Assembly: GCA_964230025.1 (NCBI GenBank) | Contig: CAXRFO010000018.1 | Span: forward strand, 287,824 to 351,823 | From: Flavobacteriales bacterium | GTDB lineage: Bacteria > Bacteroidota > Bacteroidia > Flavobacteriales_D > JAUILH01 | Length of the DNA stretch: 64,000 nucleotides | Direction: 5' to 3' | Shown: positions 49,047 to 59,920 of the stretch, in pieces | Position numbering within the stretch: position 1 is the first letter of the stretch | Layout of the letters: the number at the start of each line of letters is the position of its first letter | Translations under genes and position numbers: made by a program | The notes under the pieces: model-generated | Database searches by the model: none | Told to the model about the DNA's origin: nothing | What the model saw: only the letters and a program-made list of their open reading frames with translations

Positions 49047-50168
49047 TTAATTATTAAGCATCACTGGCATTACAAGCATCAAAACATCTTCTCCTTCTTG
49101 TCGCGGAGTTTCAGGCGTAATAATACCTGCTCTGTTTGGAGCACTCATACTGAAGACTATGTTATTAGAATCGATATTACTCAACATCTCAGAAAGGAAA
49201 CGACTGTTAAACCCGATTTCCATGTCATCGCCTGCATAATTACAAGTTAAGCGCTCATTCGCCTTGTTCGAAAAGTCCAAATCCTCAGCAGAAATAGCCA
49301 ATTCACTTCCTGCCAGTTTCAAACGCACTTGGTGTGTTGTTTTATTGGCAAAAATGCTAACCCTTTTTATTGAATTTTGGAAGGTTCCACGCTCAATCGT
49401 AAGTTTATTGGGATTTTCCTTTGGAATTACTGCTTCATAATTTGGATAAGCTCCATCAATTAGAAGGCACGTAAGTTTTCTTTTACCAAAGGTGAAAGAA
49501 GCGTTCTTTTTATTGAAGGTAATAGTACACTCTTCTTCGGAACCCGACAAAGCATTTTTTAAAATCGTAACAGGTTTTTTAGGAAGAATAAATGCTGCCG
49601 TCTCAGAACAACTTACATCCGTTCTTTTGTATCTAACTAACTTATGAGCATCCGTTGAAACAAAGGTGATATCATTTGGATCTAGTTGACAAAAGATTCC
49701 TGTCATAACAGGTCTTAGCTCATCACTACTAGTAGCGAAAAGCGTTTTACCAAAAGCTTCAGCTAATATATCTCCCTTAAGTTTGACATTGGCTGCATCT
49801 TCAATGTCCGTTGTTTTTGGAAAATCATTCGGGTTTTGACCATTTAAGCTGTATCTACCCTCAGCACTTGAAATCTCAATAGCAAAAGTTTTTTCATCTA
49901 CAGAAAAAGTCAAAGGCTGATCCGCAAATGTTTTTAAAGTATCCAATAATAGTCTAGCCGGTACAGCAATTGCTCCTTCTTCCTTACTTTCGATTTCTAG
50001 GCTTGTTGTAAGAATTGTTTCTATATCTGAAGCTGAAATAGAAAGTGATTTATCTTTAATCTCAAAAAGAAAATTATCTAGGATGGGTAGGGTATTTGAA
50101 TTATTCAAAACACTACCTGCTAGCTGTAATTCTTTCAAAAGTGCCGTACTGGATACAATAAACTTCAT
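49047..50168 (-). CDS. dnaN: DNA polymerase III subunit beta
   Basis: MKFIVSS...LPILDNFL, RPVMTG, TDAHKL, YPNYEAVIP, IGFN, LVMP. Confidence 0.97.
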   Translation of the reverse strand: MKFIVSSTALLKELQLAGSVLNNSNTLPILDNFLFEIKDKSLSISASDIETILTTSLEIESKEEGAIAVPARLLLDTLKTFADQPLTFSVDEKTFAIEISSAEGRYSLNGQNPNDFPKTTDIEDAANVKLKGDILAEAFGKTLFATSSDELRPVMTGIFCQLDPNDITFVSTDAHKLVRYKRTDVSCSETAAFILPKKPVTILKNALSGSEEECTITFNKKNASFTFGKRKLTCLLIDGAYPNYEAVIPKENPNKLTIERGTFQNSIKRVSIFANKTTHQVRLKLAGSELAISAEDLDFSNKANERLTCNYAGDDMEIGFNSRFLSEMLSNIDSNNIVFSMSAPNRAGIITPETPRQEGEDVLMLVMPVMLNN

Positions 50169-50267
50169 TGAGGTCAATTTAATTAAGTCTCCAAAGATAA
50201 TTTTTACACCTTATTATACTTGACCCCATCAGCCCATAGTTTTTAACATACAGCTGTGATTGCTAAC

Positions 50268-50301
50268 AAAAAAACCCTGAAAGGAAATTCCAATCAGGGT
50301 T
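50268..50301 (-). terminator. Intrinsic terminator after pruA
   Basis: AACCCTGA...TCAGGGTT stem followed by a T-run on the minus strand. Confidence 0.72.
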
Positions 50302-50321
50302 AATCAGTTTCAAATTAGGTT

Positions 50322-51947
50322 TTAACCTAAAAATGGATATCGGTAGTCCGTTGGTGGGACAAATGTTTCCTTTATGTTTCTTGGTGAAACCCAACGTAGT
50401 AAATTCATATAAGAACCTGCTTTGTCATTTGTTCCAGAACCTCTGGCTCCTCCAAATGGTTGTTGACCAACTACTGCACCCGTAGGTTTATCATTAATAT
50501 AAAAGTTACCAGCAGCATTCTCAAGCTTTTTAGTTGCTAAGTCAATGGCATATCTATCTTTTGAGAAAATAGCTCCCGTCAATGCATAATCACTGGTTTG
50601 ATCCACAACATCAAGTATATCTTCAAAATCTGCATCATCATATACGTATACCGTCATAACAGGACCGAATATTTCTTCACACATAGTCCTAAAGTCAGCC
50701 TTTTTTGCAAGTGCTACCGTAGGTTCTACAAAATATCCTTTTGATTTATCGTAATTACCTCCTGCAATTATTTCAGCATCATCAGATTCCTTTATATAAT
50801 CGATATATGAAGCAATTTTATCAAATGAGCGCTCATCGATAACCGCATTAATAAAATTACTTGGATCTTCTGGGCTACCCATTTTAAAAGAAGCTAAATC
50901 AGCTTTTAAAAACTCTTCAACTTTTGGCCACATAGACTTAGGAATGTAAGCTCTACTTGCTGCAGAACATTTTTGACCTTGGAACTCAAATGCGCCACGA
51001 GAAATTCCTGTTGCTACCTCCTTAGCACCGGCAGAAGGGTGAGCAACAATAAAATCCTTCCCTCCAGTTTCTCCGACTATTCTAGGATAAGAACGGTACT
51101 TCTCAATATTTGCGCCTATTTCTTTCCACAAATGGCGGAAAACAGCGGTAGAACCCGTAAAGTGCAGTCCAGCAAAATCTCTGTGTTTAAATATCACATC
51201 TCCGGCATCTGGTCCGTCAACCGTAATCATGTTTATTACACCAGCAGGTAATCCGGCAGCCTCAAATAGCTCCATGATTACTTGTGCTGAGTATACTTGT
51301 GTATCAGCAGGCTTCCAAACACAAACGTTGCCCATCATGGCAGCAACTGCTGGAAGATTAGCACAGATTGAGGTGAAATTAAATGGGGTAATAGCAAAAA
51401 CAAAGCCTTCTAAAGGTCTGTACTCTAAACGATTCCAAAGTCCATCCATACTATCTGGCTGACCTTGGTATACTTGCTGCATGAAATATACATTGTATTT
51501 AAAAAAGTCTATAAGCTCGCATGCTGCATCAATTTCAGCTTGATGAACATTTTTTGATTGAGCCAACATAGTTGCGGCATTAATTCTATCTCTAAATGGT
51601 CCTGCCAACAAATCTGCCGCTTTCAGAAAAATTGCTGCTCTCTGTTCCCAAGCTAAATTAGCCCATTCGGTTTTTGCATCTAAAGCAGCATTTATAGCCT
51701 TTTCAACATGACTTTTATCTCCGTAGTAAAATTCACCAATTTTATGCTGATGATCGTGCGGAGGAGAACAATATTTTACATTATTTGTTTTTACCTTATC
51801 GTTACCAATATACATGGGTACTTCCATGTACGAATTATACATTTCTTTATAAGTATCTAATAAACTTTTGGTCGTTTCATCACCAGGATGGTATGGTCTA
51901 ACCGGCTCATTAATTGGATATGGTATTTCGAAAACTCCTTTTGACAT
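50322..51947 (-). CDS. pruA: L-glutamate gamma-semialdehyde (P5C) dehydrogenase
   Basis: NEPV, PFNFT, FTGST, GETGGKDF, QGQKCSA, EEIFGP, QPFGGARGSGTNDKAG. Confidence 0.96.
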   Translation of the reverse strand: MSKGVFEIPYPINEPVRPYHPGDETTKSLLDTYKEMYNSYMEVPMYIGNDKVKTNNVKYCSPPHDHQHKIGEFYYGDKSHVEKAINAALDAKTEWANLAWEQRAAIFLKAADLLAGPFRDRINAATMLAQSKNVHQAEIDAACELIDFFKYNVYFMQQVYQGQPDSMDGLWNRLEYRPLEGFVFAITPFNFTSICANLPAVAAMMGNVCVWKPADTQVYSAQVIMELFEAAGLPAGVINMITVDGPDAGDVIFKHRDFAGLHFTGSTAVFRHLWKEIGANIEKYRSYPRIVGETGGKDFIVAHPSAGAKEVATGISRGAFEFQGQKCSAASRAYIPKSMWPKVEEFLKADLASFKMGSPEDPSNFINAVIDERSFDKIASYIDYIKESDDAEIIAGGNYDKSKGYFVEPTVALAKKADFRTMCEEIFGPVMTVYVYDDADFEDILDVVDQTSDYALTGAIFSKDRYAIDLATKKLENAAGNFYINDKPTGAVVGQQPFGGARGSGTNDKAGSYMNLLRWVSPRNIKETFVPPTDYRYPFLG

Positions 51948-52074
51948 AAAATTATTTTTTTGGATTCACGAAGGTACTATTTCCATTAGGAAATTCAATG
52001 AATTAGCCGTAATTTTAATAGTACTACCCCGCTAATAACATTATAACTATCTTTGCGGCCGATTTATAGAAAAA

Positions 52075-52359
52075 ATGAAACTAACAGACATCAAAATAGC
52101 CAAGACCAATCAGCTAGGATTTGAATGTATTATTCTACTTTCTGAAGATCTTTTAGAAAAACCTATTAAACTTGATTTATACAGTAAAATAAAGGACAAA
52201 TTTGGTGACCTTGTAGTTTACAACATGAACAACAAAAAAGGAACGGCATTTCTGTGGACTACCAACCAATATGGTGTAGAAATAGATGCACACGATAAAG
52301 TAAAGGAGCTCGATTTTGAATGTATTGTATTCAAATCTTTGGACGATATCCTCAATTAA
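52075..52359 (+). CDS. Small hypothetical protein with internal repeat
   Basis: 94-aa ORF preceded by TATCTTTG; FECI and TNQxG each occur twice. Confidence 0.7.
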   Translation: MKLTDIKIAKTNQLGFECIILLSEDLLEKPIKLDLYSKIKDKFGDLVVYNMNNKKGTAFLWTTNQYGVEIDAHDKVKELDFECIVFKSLDDILN

Positions 52360-52435
52360 ACGACCTATTCACCCACTTTGCCACGCTAAATCCTAAGTTT
52401 GGCAAGCCTCTTGAATTAAATCTACTCAACTTTGC

Positions 52436-52984
52436 ATGGCTTTTTTAGCCAGAAAACTATTTGTTATGATTAAAAAGATTCAACTTATATTAATTACCAT
52501 GCTTAGCGTAAGCGTAGGATTAAGCTCTGCTTTCTACAGCAAGGATGGTAATGACATAAATGAAGATACATATACCAATAATACGATTCAAGTTGTTGGT
52601 GACTCAGCTATAATAAGCGAAGAAGAAATTATTATAGGAGACGAATTGACCATTGAGAATCTGGCCCTTGAAATGGAAAGGGTAGGGATTAAACATGTAG
52701 ATATTGTATTATCACAAGCCGTGTTAGAAACTGGATGGTTCAAATGCAATAATTGCTCTTTCCAATACAACAACCTTTTTGGTTTCATTTATAAGGGTAA
52801 ATACCTTAAATATGAAAACTGGAAAGAATCTGTTGCCTATTATAAATGGTGGCAAGATCAGTTGTATAAAGATGACGGTGATTACTACGCTTTTCTTAAG
52901 AAAGTGGGGTATGCAACAGCACCTGACTATAATGAGAAATTACAAAGCGTAGGAAAAGAGCTTAATATTGAAGAGATTCTTTAA
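52436..52984 (+). CDS. Glucosaminidase (GH73-like) peptidoglycan hydrolase
   Basis: IVLSQAVLETG, NNLFG, GYATAPDY; N-terminal signal/anchor (start possibly ATG 52466). Confidence 0.82.
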   Translation: MAFLARKLFVMIKKIQLILITMLSVSVGLSSAFYSKDGNDINEDTYTNNTIQVVGDSAIISEEEIIIGDELTIENLALEMERVGIKHVDIVLSQAVLETGWFKCNNCSFQYNNLFGFIYKGKYLKYENWKESVAYYKWWQDQLYKDDGDYYAFLKKVGYATAPDYNEKLQSVGKELNIEEIL

Positions 52985-54327
52985 TCTAGCTTGCCGTCCA
53001 TTTGTTTACCTAAGGCCTTACTAGCATAATAAGCTACATATCCGGTTAGGATAGTAATGCTTGAGATAATCAATACTTTTCCACCCGAATTGTTAAGGTC
53101 ATCATAAAAAACGTAGCCTATCATGGTTAGGTTTACAAGTATGAAAAAGATAGGCGTTATGGGATAAGCAAATGTTCTTACGGCTGACTCCTCATTTGTT
53201 TTCCTTTTTCTAAGTACAAACAAACCTGCCACTGTCAAGGTCGAAAATAAGGATAAAGCAACTCCAATATACTTCATTACATCCTCGAAAGTAGATGTGT
53301 ACAATAATACCAATGCTATTAAAGCTTGAAACATAATGGCAAAGTGAGGTGATCCTCCTTTATTCTTTTTCGTCATTACATTAAAAATCTTATGATCCTC
53401 TCCCATGCTCTCCGTAACTCTGGGGCCAGCAATTACCATTGCACTCAAAGACGAAATTAAGGCTAAACTAAACAAGCCACTGAAGACCTTACCATAATCT
53501 TCTCCAAACATTTTTAATGCGACGACATTTCCCACATCCAATTGCCCATCTAACTCTGAATAATCAGATACATATAAAAAGGTTGCATTAATAACAAGGT
53601 AAAGAACAGTTACGATGACAGTTCCAAGGATTAATGAAAAAGGCAAGCTTTTTTTAGGATTCTCCAAATTCCCAGCGATATATGCAGAGGCATTCCAACC
53701 TGAGTATGCCAAATAAACATATACTAAGGAGATTGCAAAACTCGAACTCCATAACAGAGAACTATCTCCCGCTTGTGGCGCAAATGAAACACTGCTTGGG
53801 GTGTATCCCGAAAATATAAACGGTGAAATACAAAAGAATAGAATGAATAACAATTTAACTGCAGTAAGTACATTTTGAATTCCTCCTCCTTTCTTTACTC
53901 CTAATAAATGAATCCCTGAAATCAATATAATTGACAGGGCGGATACAGCCATAATTTGGCTATCGGAGCTTAGACCAACTACAGGAGCAAAATAACTTCC
54001 TATTGCCATAGAAACTGCACAAATTGGTGCAGCAAATCCGGCGAATATCGATATCCATCCAGAAGCAAAACCTAATCCAGGATGAAAAATTTCGGAAAGA
54101 TACGAGTATTCACCCCCAGAACGTTTAATTCTAGTTGCAATTTCAGCATAGCAAAAGGCTCCAGCCAATGCAACTAAACCTCCAAGCAACCATAACATAA
54201 GGATTACAAAGCCTGATGGAAGCGGTCCAACTTGAAAACCAAGACTTGTAAATACTCCGGTTCCAATCATATTAGCCATCACCATTGAGAGGGCTACCCA
54301 TTTTGTATACTTCTGTGTTTTTGTCAT
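52981..54327 (-). CDS. APC family amino acid permease
   Basis: NMIGTGVF, YAEI...SGGEY, AYSGWN, about 12 TM segments. Confidence 0.92.
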   Translation of the reverse strand: MTKTQKYTKWVALSMVMANMIGTGVFTSLGFQVGPLPSGFVILMLWLLGGLVALAGAFCYAEIATRIKRSGGEYSYLSEIFHPGLGFASGWISIFAGFAAPICAVSMAIGSYFAPVVGLSSDSQIMAVSALSIILISGIHLLGVKKGGGIQNVLTAVKLLFILFFCISPFIFSGYTPSSVSFAPQAGDSSLLWSSSFAISLVYVYLAYSGWNASAYIAGNLENPKKSLPFSLILGTVIVTVLYLVINATFLYVSDYSELDGQLDVGNVVALKMFGEDYGKVFSGLFSLALISSLSAMVIAGPRVTESMGEDHKIFNVMTKKNKGGSPHFAIMFQALIALVLLYTSTFEDVMKYIGVALSLFSTLTVAGLFVLRKRKTNEESAVRTFAYPITPIFFILVNLTMIGYVFYDDLNNSGGKVLIISSITILTGYVAYYASKALGKQMDGKLD

Positions 54328-54376
54328 TGAGGCATCAAACCTAAGAATTTTTAGTCGGATAAGTTTTTAGAAATTA

Positions 54377-57300
54377 TTATTCGCCAACTTTAAAGCCTAC
54401 AACGCACATATCATCGATTTGCTCATAATCTCGCATCCATTCAATCATGAAATTTTGCAAGTCTTCTTTTTGCTGACTAAAATCCTTTAAATGATGATCT
54501 AAGATAACCTGTTTATAGAACTTCATTTTCAACTTTTTTCCTCTATCTCCGCCAAATTGATCAGGATAGCCATCGGTAGTCATGTAGAAGTATTTATTCT
54601 CAATATCATCGATTACTTTGGTTTCAAATTGTTGTTCAAAATCGGTAAAACCAGCAACTGCCGCTTTTGTTGCCTTTATTTCGTGCATTTTACCATCTTC
54701 AATGAAATTCAGGTTCCTGTTTGCACCAGCATAAAGAACCACAGCTTTCTCATGGTCGATTGTACATATTGCCGCATCCATTCCATCTTTTGTACTTCCT
54801 TCATCGCCGCTTTGCTTCAAGCTACTTTTTATTCCTTTATTTAATTCCGAAAGAATTGCACCCGGATCAAATATTTTCTTTTCTCTCACAATGGCATTCA
54901 ATTTATCCGAACCTATCATGCTCATAAATGCACCCGGCACACCGTGCCCAGTGCAATCCGCACAAACAAAAACACTCTTATTATCCTCATGATGAAACCA
55001 ATAAAAATCTCCTGAAACTATATCCTTTGGTTGAAAGAAGACGAAACTATTGGGTAAGTGCTTGGTTATTAAGTTATCAAACGGCAAAATGGCGCTTTGA
55101 ATTCTTTGGGCATAATTAATACTATCTAAAATCTCTTCTTTCTGATGATGTAACTCAATATTCTTTGCAGAAATTTCTTGGGTTCTTTCTTGAACGATTT
55201 CTTCCAACTGTTCATTCTTTTTCTTTAACCTGAAACGCGCCAAGGGAATTACTGCTAATATTAATGCGACTATTCCGAAAGCATAAAGAACATAGGCCAA
55301 TGACGTCCTATACCAAGGTGGGGCAATAGAAAATCGTATACTCGGATAGACATGCTCTCTTCCAAAACTATCTTTATACTTTAACTCTAATTCATAGTCT
55401 CCTTCAAAAGCCTGTTCAATCTGGATAAAGTTTTGTTCTGACCAATCTGTCCAATCATCATACATTCCTTTAATCCTGTAGGAAAACATATATTTAGATC
55501 GCTCATCATAATCCATTACGGAAAATTGGAACTTTAACTTACTGCTTGAATAGGAGATAGGCTCGTCAATGCTGTAGGGCTCAAAGTAATCCTTCTCAAG
55601 TGTGTCTTTATTTACTATTATGTATTGCCAATAAGGCACATGCTTTTCTTGCTTAATAAGAGACTTGGAATTGATCCACATCTGACCCTCTGTGGCATCT
55701 AAAATTAGATGTTCGGATATAGTTTCAGCGGCATTTACCCTTCCTGTATTCCACAATTTATAAGGATTATTGTTAGGAGTTCCATCGTTCAAATCAAGTA
55801 GATCACTCTCCAATACGGCCCAACGACCATTTGAATTTTCAAGAGCATACTGATACGGCTCACCTGCAAAGGGAAGGTAGGCATCAAAATAACCACGTAC
55901 ATCTTCTAAACCTTCATTGTTCCTGGCAATTTCATCACTGCTAATGAACTTAAAAACACCTGTATTCGTTGTGAACAATGTTCTTTCCTCTCCTTGCATA
56001 ACGCGGGTCCAGGATCCCACTGGTAAGCCATCTTCCTCCGTATAAAAATCAAGCTCCCAAGTTTTAGTATTAATCTGGATTAATCCATCTTGAAAAGTAC
56101 CTAACCAAACAAGCGTAGAATCTTCCTGATCCCTAATCATAGAATTAACCGCGCTGATAGGAAATTCGAAACTTTTAACAACTCCATAATTTAGAGAAGA
56201 ATGAATAAATATCCCATCCGGTCCAGCACTTATTATCTTTCCATCTTGAACCATGATGGTATTACTTGGGTTCTTTGATATTCTTCCTATTTGACTATAA
56301 AACAAGCCTTCAGAACTTGCAAAAAGGTATCCATCTCTGAATTTCTTAATATCCCAAACTGAACCCACATTATTCTTTATGTTCAACCATCGGTTTTTTC
56401 CAGGATCCCATTCATAAAGCCCGTCGGAACTTCCCACTAATTGCAGGTCCTTTGTTATCAAATGACTAAAAATAGAACCTTGCAAACCTTGCTTATTGCC
56501 ATGAAAAGATACACCAGAACTAAGTTTAACAAAACTTACTCCTTTATTTGTAGCCAGCCATAAATCACCATTATTATCCTGAAAAGAAGCGTTGATATCC
56601 TCACTTGAAAGGCCCGTGTGTTGATTTATTATACTCCATTTCTTGAGGTCTTTATCAATTATTACGCTCCCTTTCCCAATTGTGTTAACTAATAGTCTGC
56701 CATCGTTTAATTTCAAACCCGAACTAACCAAGGAACCGTCCATCCAACGATATAGGTCAACCAAAGTTTTATTGATTTGATTCCTGTGAGTTAAAACATA
56801 CAATCCTGAATCACGCGTAACAAACAGTTCATCACTATTCATCTTAGCGTAAAAGAAGACACCATAAGAGGATATTTCCCACAGTTTAGAATAATCCTTT
56901 TCCTTTTTATTTAATGAGATCAATCCAAGAGCACGGTCTCTTGCCACAAGGTTGCCCTCATCAAATAACATGGTGTGGTAGCTGTCTTTAGGCCGGAAAG
57001 TATTAAAGTTACTATTTGAATAAACCCAATTATATATGGCTTGTTCGGTATGAAAATAAAGTCCTTCCGAATCTGCTGCAATCGTCCATACCATTGCCCC
57101 ATCTGGTATATCCAAATCCGACGACATTTTATCATAGACAAAATCCTTGTTATTTAAATCTATCTTGCCAAATTCACCCTGCGTTCCTACATAAAGTATC
57201 CCTTCTTTAAACATTAAGGCGGTTACGAACGCACCTTCCTTGACTTTAATCAATTCCCAATTCTTGCCGTCAAAACGCAGTACACCGTGAGCAGTACCGA

Positions 57301-57460
57301 AATACATAAATCCCTTGTCGTCTTGTGCTACAGCATAATTTTCAGGATTCAAATGCGTTCCGTATTGCTCGGGGCCATAATTCTGAACATACGGCATAAA
57401 GCCTTGTCCAAATGAATGACTTAGGACGAATATTAGAAGGCTAAACCAAAAAAAACGCAT
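54377..57460 (-). CDS. Membrane sensor: beta-propeller / Y_Y_Y / TM / SpoIIE (PP2C) phosphatase
   Basis: Propeller repeats, IAPPWYRT + TM, SINYAQRIQ, PKDIVSGDFYW, DCTGHGVPGAFMS, DGMD, TDGYPDQFGG, QIDD. Confidence 0.92.
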   Translation of the reverse strand: MRFFWFSLLIFVLSHSFGQGFMPYVQNYGPEQYGTHLNPENYAVAQDDKGFMYFGTAHGVLRFDGKNWELIKVKEGAFVTALMFKEGILYVGTQGEFGKIDLNNKDFVYDKMSSDLDIPDGAMVWTIAADSEGLYFHTEQAIYNWVYSNSNFNTFRPKDSYHTMLFDEGNLVARDRALGLISLNKKEKDYSKLWEISSYGVFFYAKMNSDELFVTRDSGLYVLTHRNQINKTLVDLYRWMDGSLVSSGLKLNDGRLLVNTIGKGSVIIDKDLKKWSIINQHTGLSSEDINASFQDNNGDLWLATNKGVSFVKLSSGVSFHGNKQGLQGSIFSHLITKDLQLVGSSDGLYEWDPGKNRWLNIKNNVGSVWDIKKFRDGYLFASSEGLFYSQIGRISKNPSNTIMVQDGKIISAGPDGIFIHSSLNYGVVKSFEFPISAVNSMIRDQEDSTLVWLGTFQDGLIQINTKTWELDFYTEEDGLPVGSWTRVMQGEERTLFTTNTGVFKFISSDEIARNNEGLEDVRGYFDAYLPFAGEPYQYALENSNGRWAVLESDLLDLNDGTPNNNPYKLWNTGRVNAAETISEHLILDATEGQMWINSKSLIKQEKHVPYWQYIIVNKDTLEKDYFEPYSIDEPISYSSSKLKFQFSVMDYDERSKYMFSYRIKGMYDDWTDWSEQNFIQIEQAFEGDYELELKYKDSFGREHVYPSIRFSIAPPWYRTSLAYVLYAFGIVALILAVIPLARFRLKKKNEQLEEIVQERTQEISAKNIELHHQKEEILDSINYAQRIQSAILPFDNLITKHLPNSFVFFQPKDIVSGDFYWFHHEDNKSVFVCADCTGHGVPGAFMSMIGSDKLNAIVREKKIFDPGAILSELNKGIKSSLKQSGDEGSTKDGMDAAICTIDHEKAVVLYAGANRNLNFIEDGKMHEIKATKAAVAGFTDFEQQFETKVIDDIENKYFYMTTDGYPDQFGGDRGKKLKMKFYKQVILDHHLKDFSQQKEDLQNFMIEWMRDYEQIDDMCVVGFKVGE

Positions 57461-57508
57461 ACTTTTGCTAAGGTATGATTTTTGCATAATTCGTCCGAAT
57501 TTTATTGA

Positions 57509-59920
57509 ATGAAAAAGACATTAAAGGCCCAACTATATTGCATTATTCTTCTTACCTTTTTAGGGTTTGTATCAGAGGGGCAAACACTCAAAATATATTC
57601 AGATAATTACGATACAGGAATACCTAATGTTCATGTGGATGTGAATGATTCTATCCAATTTATAAGCAACAACGTTGGATTAATTGAATTACCTGAACTA
57701 AAAGAAACGGATATTCTAAGTTTTGAGCACCCTTCATTTTATACAATTACTTTGAGCTATAAAAGCGTTAAATCTCTAGGTTTTGAGATTAAGATGAATG
57801 AAAGTGAAGGTGTTTTACCACCGGCAATCGTAACCTTTCACAAATGGGAAGAAGACCTACAAAAGGTACCTGTACAAATACAACTAATCAACCCAGAAAA
57901 ACAAGACTTTTACAATCCTCAAACAACCGCAGATTTGTTGGGGAGTACCGGTAAAGTTTATATTCAAAAAAGCCAACTGGGAGGCGGAAGCCCAATGTTA
58001 CGTGGTTTTTCTGCCAATAGAGTTTTGCTCGTTATGAATGGTGTAAGAATGAACAACGCTATATTTAGGAGTGGTAATTTACAGAACTCAATACTTATTG
58101 ACCCCAACTCATTAGAGGAAGCGGAGATTGTTTTTGGACCAGGGTCCGTTATCTATGGATCAGATGCACTTGGTGGCGTTTTTGACTTTCATACGAATGA
58201 ACTAAAGCCACATGGCCAAGACACTATTCTGTTTTATGGAAAAGGATCGATGGGCTTCTCATCAGCAAACAATTCGCAAAATTGGTCCGGCACCATAGGC
58301 TTGCAAGGAAAAAAGCTATCATTTATAAGCACCTTCACAACAGCATCTTTTTCTGATTTAAGAATGGGTAACCCAGACTTTGATATTTACCGTCGTTACT
58401 ATTACCAAGATCAAGTAGATGGCAGAGACACAATGATACAGAACAGAAATAGCAGAAATCAAATAGGCACAAGCTATTCACAAATAAATTCAACAAATTC
58501 TTTTAGCTTCAAACCATCCAAGCACTGGGACCTTAATTACAATTTTCTGTACTCGGAAAGCTCCGACATACCACGATATGATCGATTAATTGAAAAAGTG
58601 ACTGATAGCTCAGCTAAGTTTGCAGAATGGTATTATGGGCCACAAAAATGGAATTTTCACAACCTTTCAATTACTCATTCTAAATCAAACAGCTTGTATG
58701 ACAATCTCCGCTTTACACTGGGTGGACAAGCCTATGAAGAAAGTAGAAATGATAGACGATTTAACAGCACTAATCTTAGACAACGCAGGGAAAATGTAAT
58801 AGCGCTTTCTGGAAATATTGACTTCTGGAAACAATTCAAAGACTCTTCACGGCTGTATTACGGAATGGAAATCGTAAACAATAAAATTTCTTCTCAGGCC
58901 TGGGAATACTCACTACTTGATTCTTCTACCGCTGCAATTTCTAGCAGGTATCCAGATGGTGCTACTTGGCGCTCCATGGCTATCTACCTCAACCATTCAA
59001 GAAACGCTGGAGATAAAGGAGTACTTTCAGCAGGTGTGCGATGGAATCTTGTTGAGGCTGATGCTCGATTAAGTACAGAATTCTATGATTTTCCGACCAC
59101 TGACATAAACATTGCTCCGAACGCCCTAAGCGGAAGTGTTGGTTATGTATATAAATTGAGTTCGATTTGGAGAGTCACTTCAAATATTTCTACCGGTTTC
59201 AGAGCTCCAAATATTGACGACCTTGCCAAGGTTTTTGACAGTGAACCTGGGAACGTTATTGTGCCTAATAATGAGCTTAAACCTGAATATACTTACAATT
59301 TTGATCTTGGATTTAAAGGCTCTGATAAGAAAACATATTATTTCGAATTAAATGCCTTTGTAAGCTACTTGCAAAATGCAATGGTAAGAGGTGATTTTAG
59401 TTTTAACGGGGCTGATAGTATCATTTACGACGGAACCTTAAGCCAGGTGCAAGCTGTTCAAAATTTAGAGTCAGCCTTGATTTATGGTGTGAACGCCCAC
59501 TTAAAATGGGTTCCCTCCAAAAACTACGAATGGAATGGAACCTTTTCCTATAATTACGGTGAAGATTCAAATGGAAATATATTAAGACATATCCCTCCTC
59601 ATTTTTATCAATCTCACTTTATTTATAAACGTGCTAAAATCAGATCGGATATATACATTGAAGGAAACCTTGAAAAAGGTGCTGCTGATATGCCGCTTAA
59701 CGAACAAGACCGAGCGCATCTTTATCCATTGAATTCAAATGGAGAAGCCTATGTACCATCTTGGATGACACTAAATTATGCATTTCAATATCAGGTAAAC
59801 CAAAACTTTAGATTTAGCGCGGGTGTGAGAAATATTTTAAATAAGGGCTACCGGCCATTTGCCTCTGGTATAGTTGCACCTGGGAGAGATTACTTTATTA
59901 AATTAGCATTAAACGTATAG
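57509..59920 (+). CDS. TonB-dependent receptor (haem/haemoglobin receptor-like family)
   Basis: QKSQLGGGSPMLRGF.ANR, GPGSVIYGSDALGG, FRAPNIDD, LKPE, APGR. Confidence 0.9.
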   Translation: MKKTLKAQLYCIILLTFLGFVSEGQTLKIYSDNYDTGIPNVHVDVNDSIQFISNNVGLIELPELKETDILSFEHPSFYTITLSYKSVKSLGFEIKMNESEGVLPPAIVTFHKWEEDLQKVPVQIQLINPEKQDFYNPQTTADLLGSTGKVYIQKSQLGGGSPMLRGFSANRVLLVMNGVRMNNAIFRSGNLQNSILIDPNSLEEAEIVFGPGSVIYGSDALGGVFDFHTNELKPHGQDTILFYGKGSMGFSSANNSQNWSGTIGLQGKKLSFISTFTTASFSDLRMGNPDFDIYRRYYYQDQVDGRDTMIQNRNSRNQIGTSYSQINSTNSFSFKPSKHWDLNYNFLYSESSDIPRYDRLIEKVTDSSAKFAEWYYGPQKWNFHNLSITHSKSNSLYDNLRFTLGGQAYEESRNDRRFNSTNLRQRRENVIALSGNIDFWKQFKDSSRLYYGMEIVNNKISSQAWEYSLLDSSTAAISSRYPDGATWRSMAIYLNHSRNAGDKGVLSAGVRWNLVEADARLSTEFYDFPTTDINIAPNALSGSVGYVYKLSSIWRVTSNISTGFRAPNIDDLAKVFDSEPGNVIVPNNELKPEYTYNFDLGFKGSDKKTYYFELNAFVSYLQNAMVRGDFSFNGADSIIYDGTLSQVQAVQNLESALIYGVNAHLKWVPSKNYEWNGTFSYNYGEDSNGNILRHIPPHFYQSHFIYKRAKIRSDIYIEGNLEKGAADMPLNEQDRAHLYPLNSNGEAYVPSWMTLNYAFQYQVNQNFRFSAGVRNILNKGYRPFASGIVAPGRDYFIKLALNV

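Noticed and set aside
50169-50321. Replication origin or DnaA boxes near dnaN
   Set aside because: No dnaA, no cluster of consensus TTATCCACA boxes; dnaN is commonly unlinked from dnaA in Bacteroidota.
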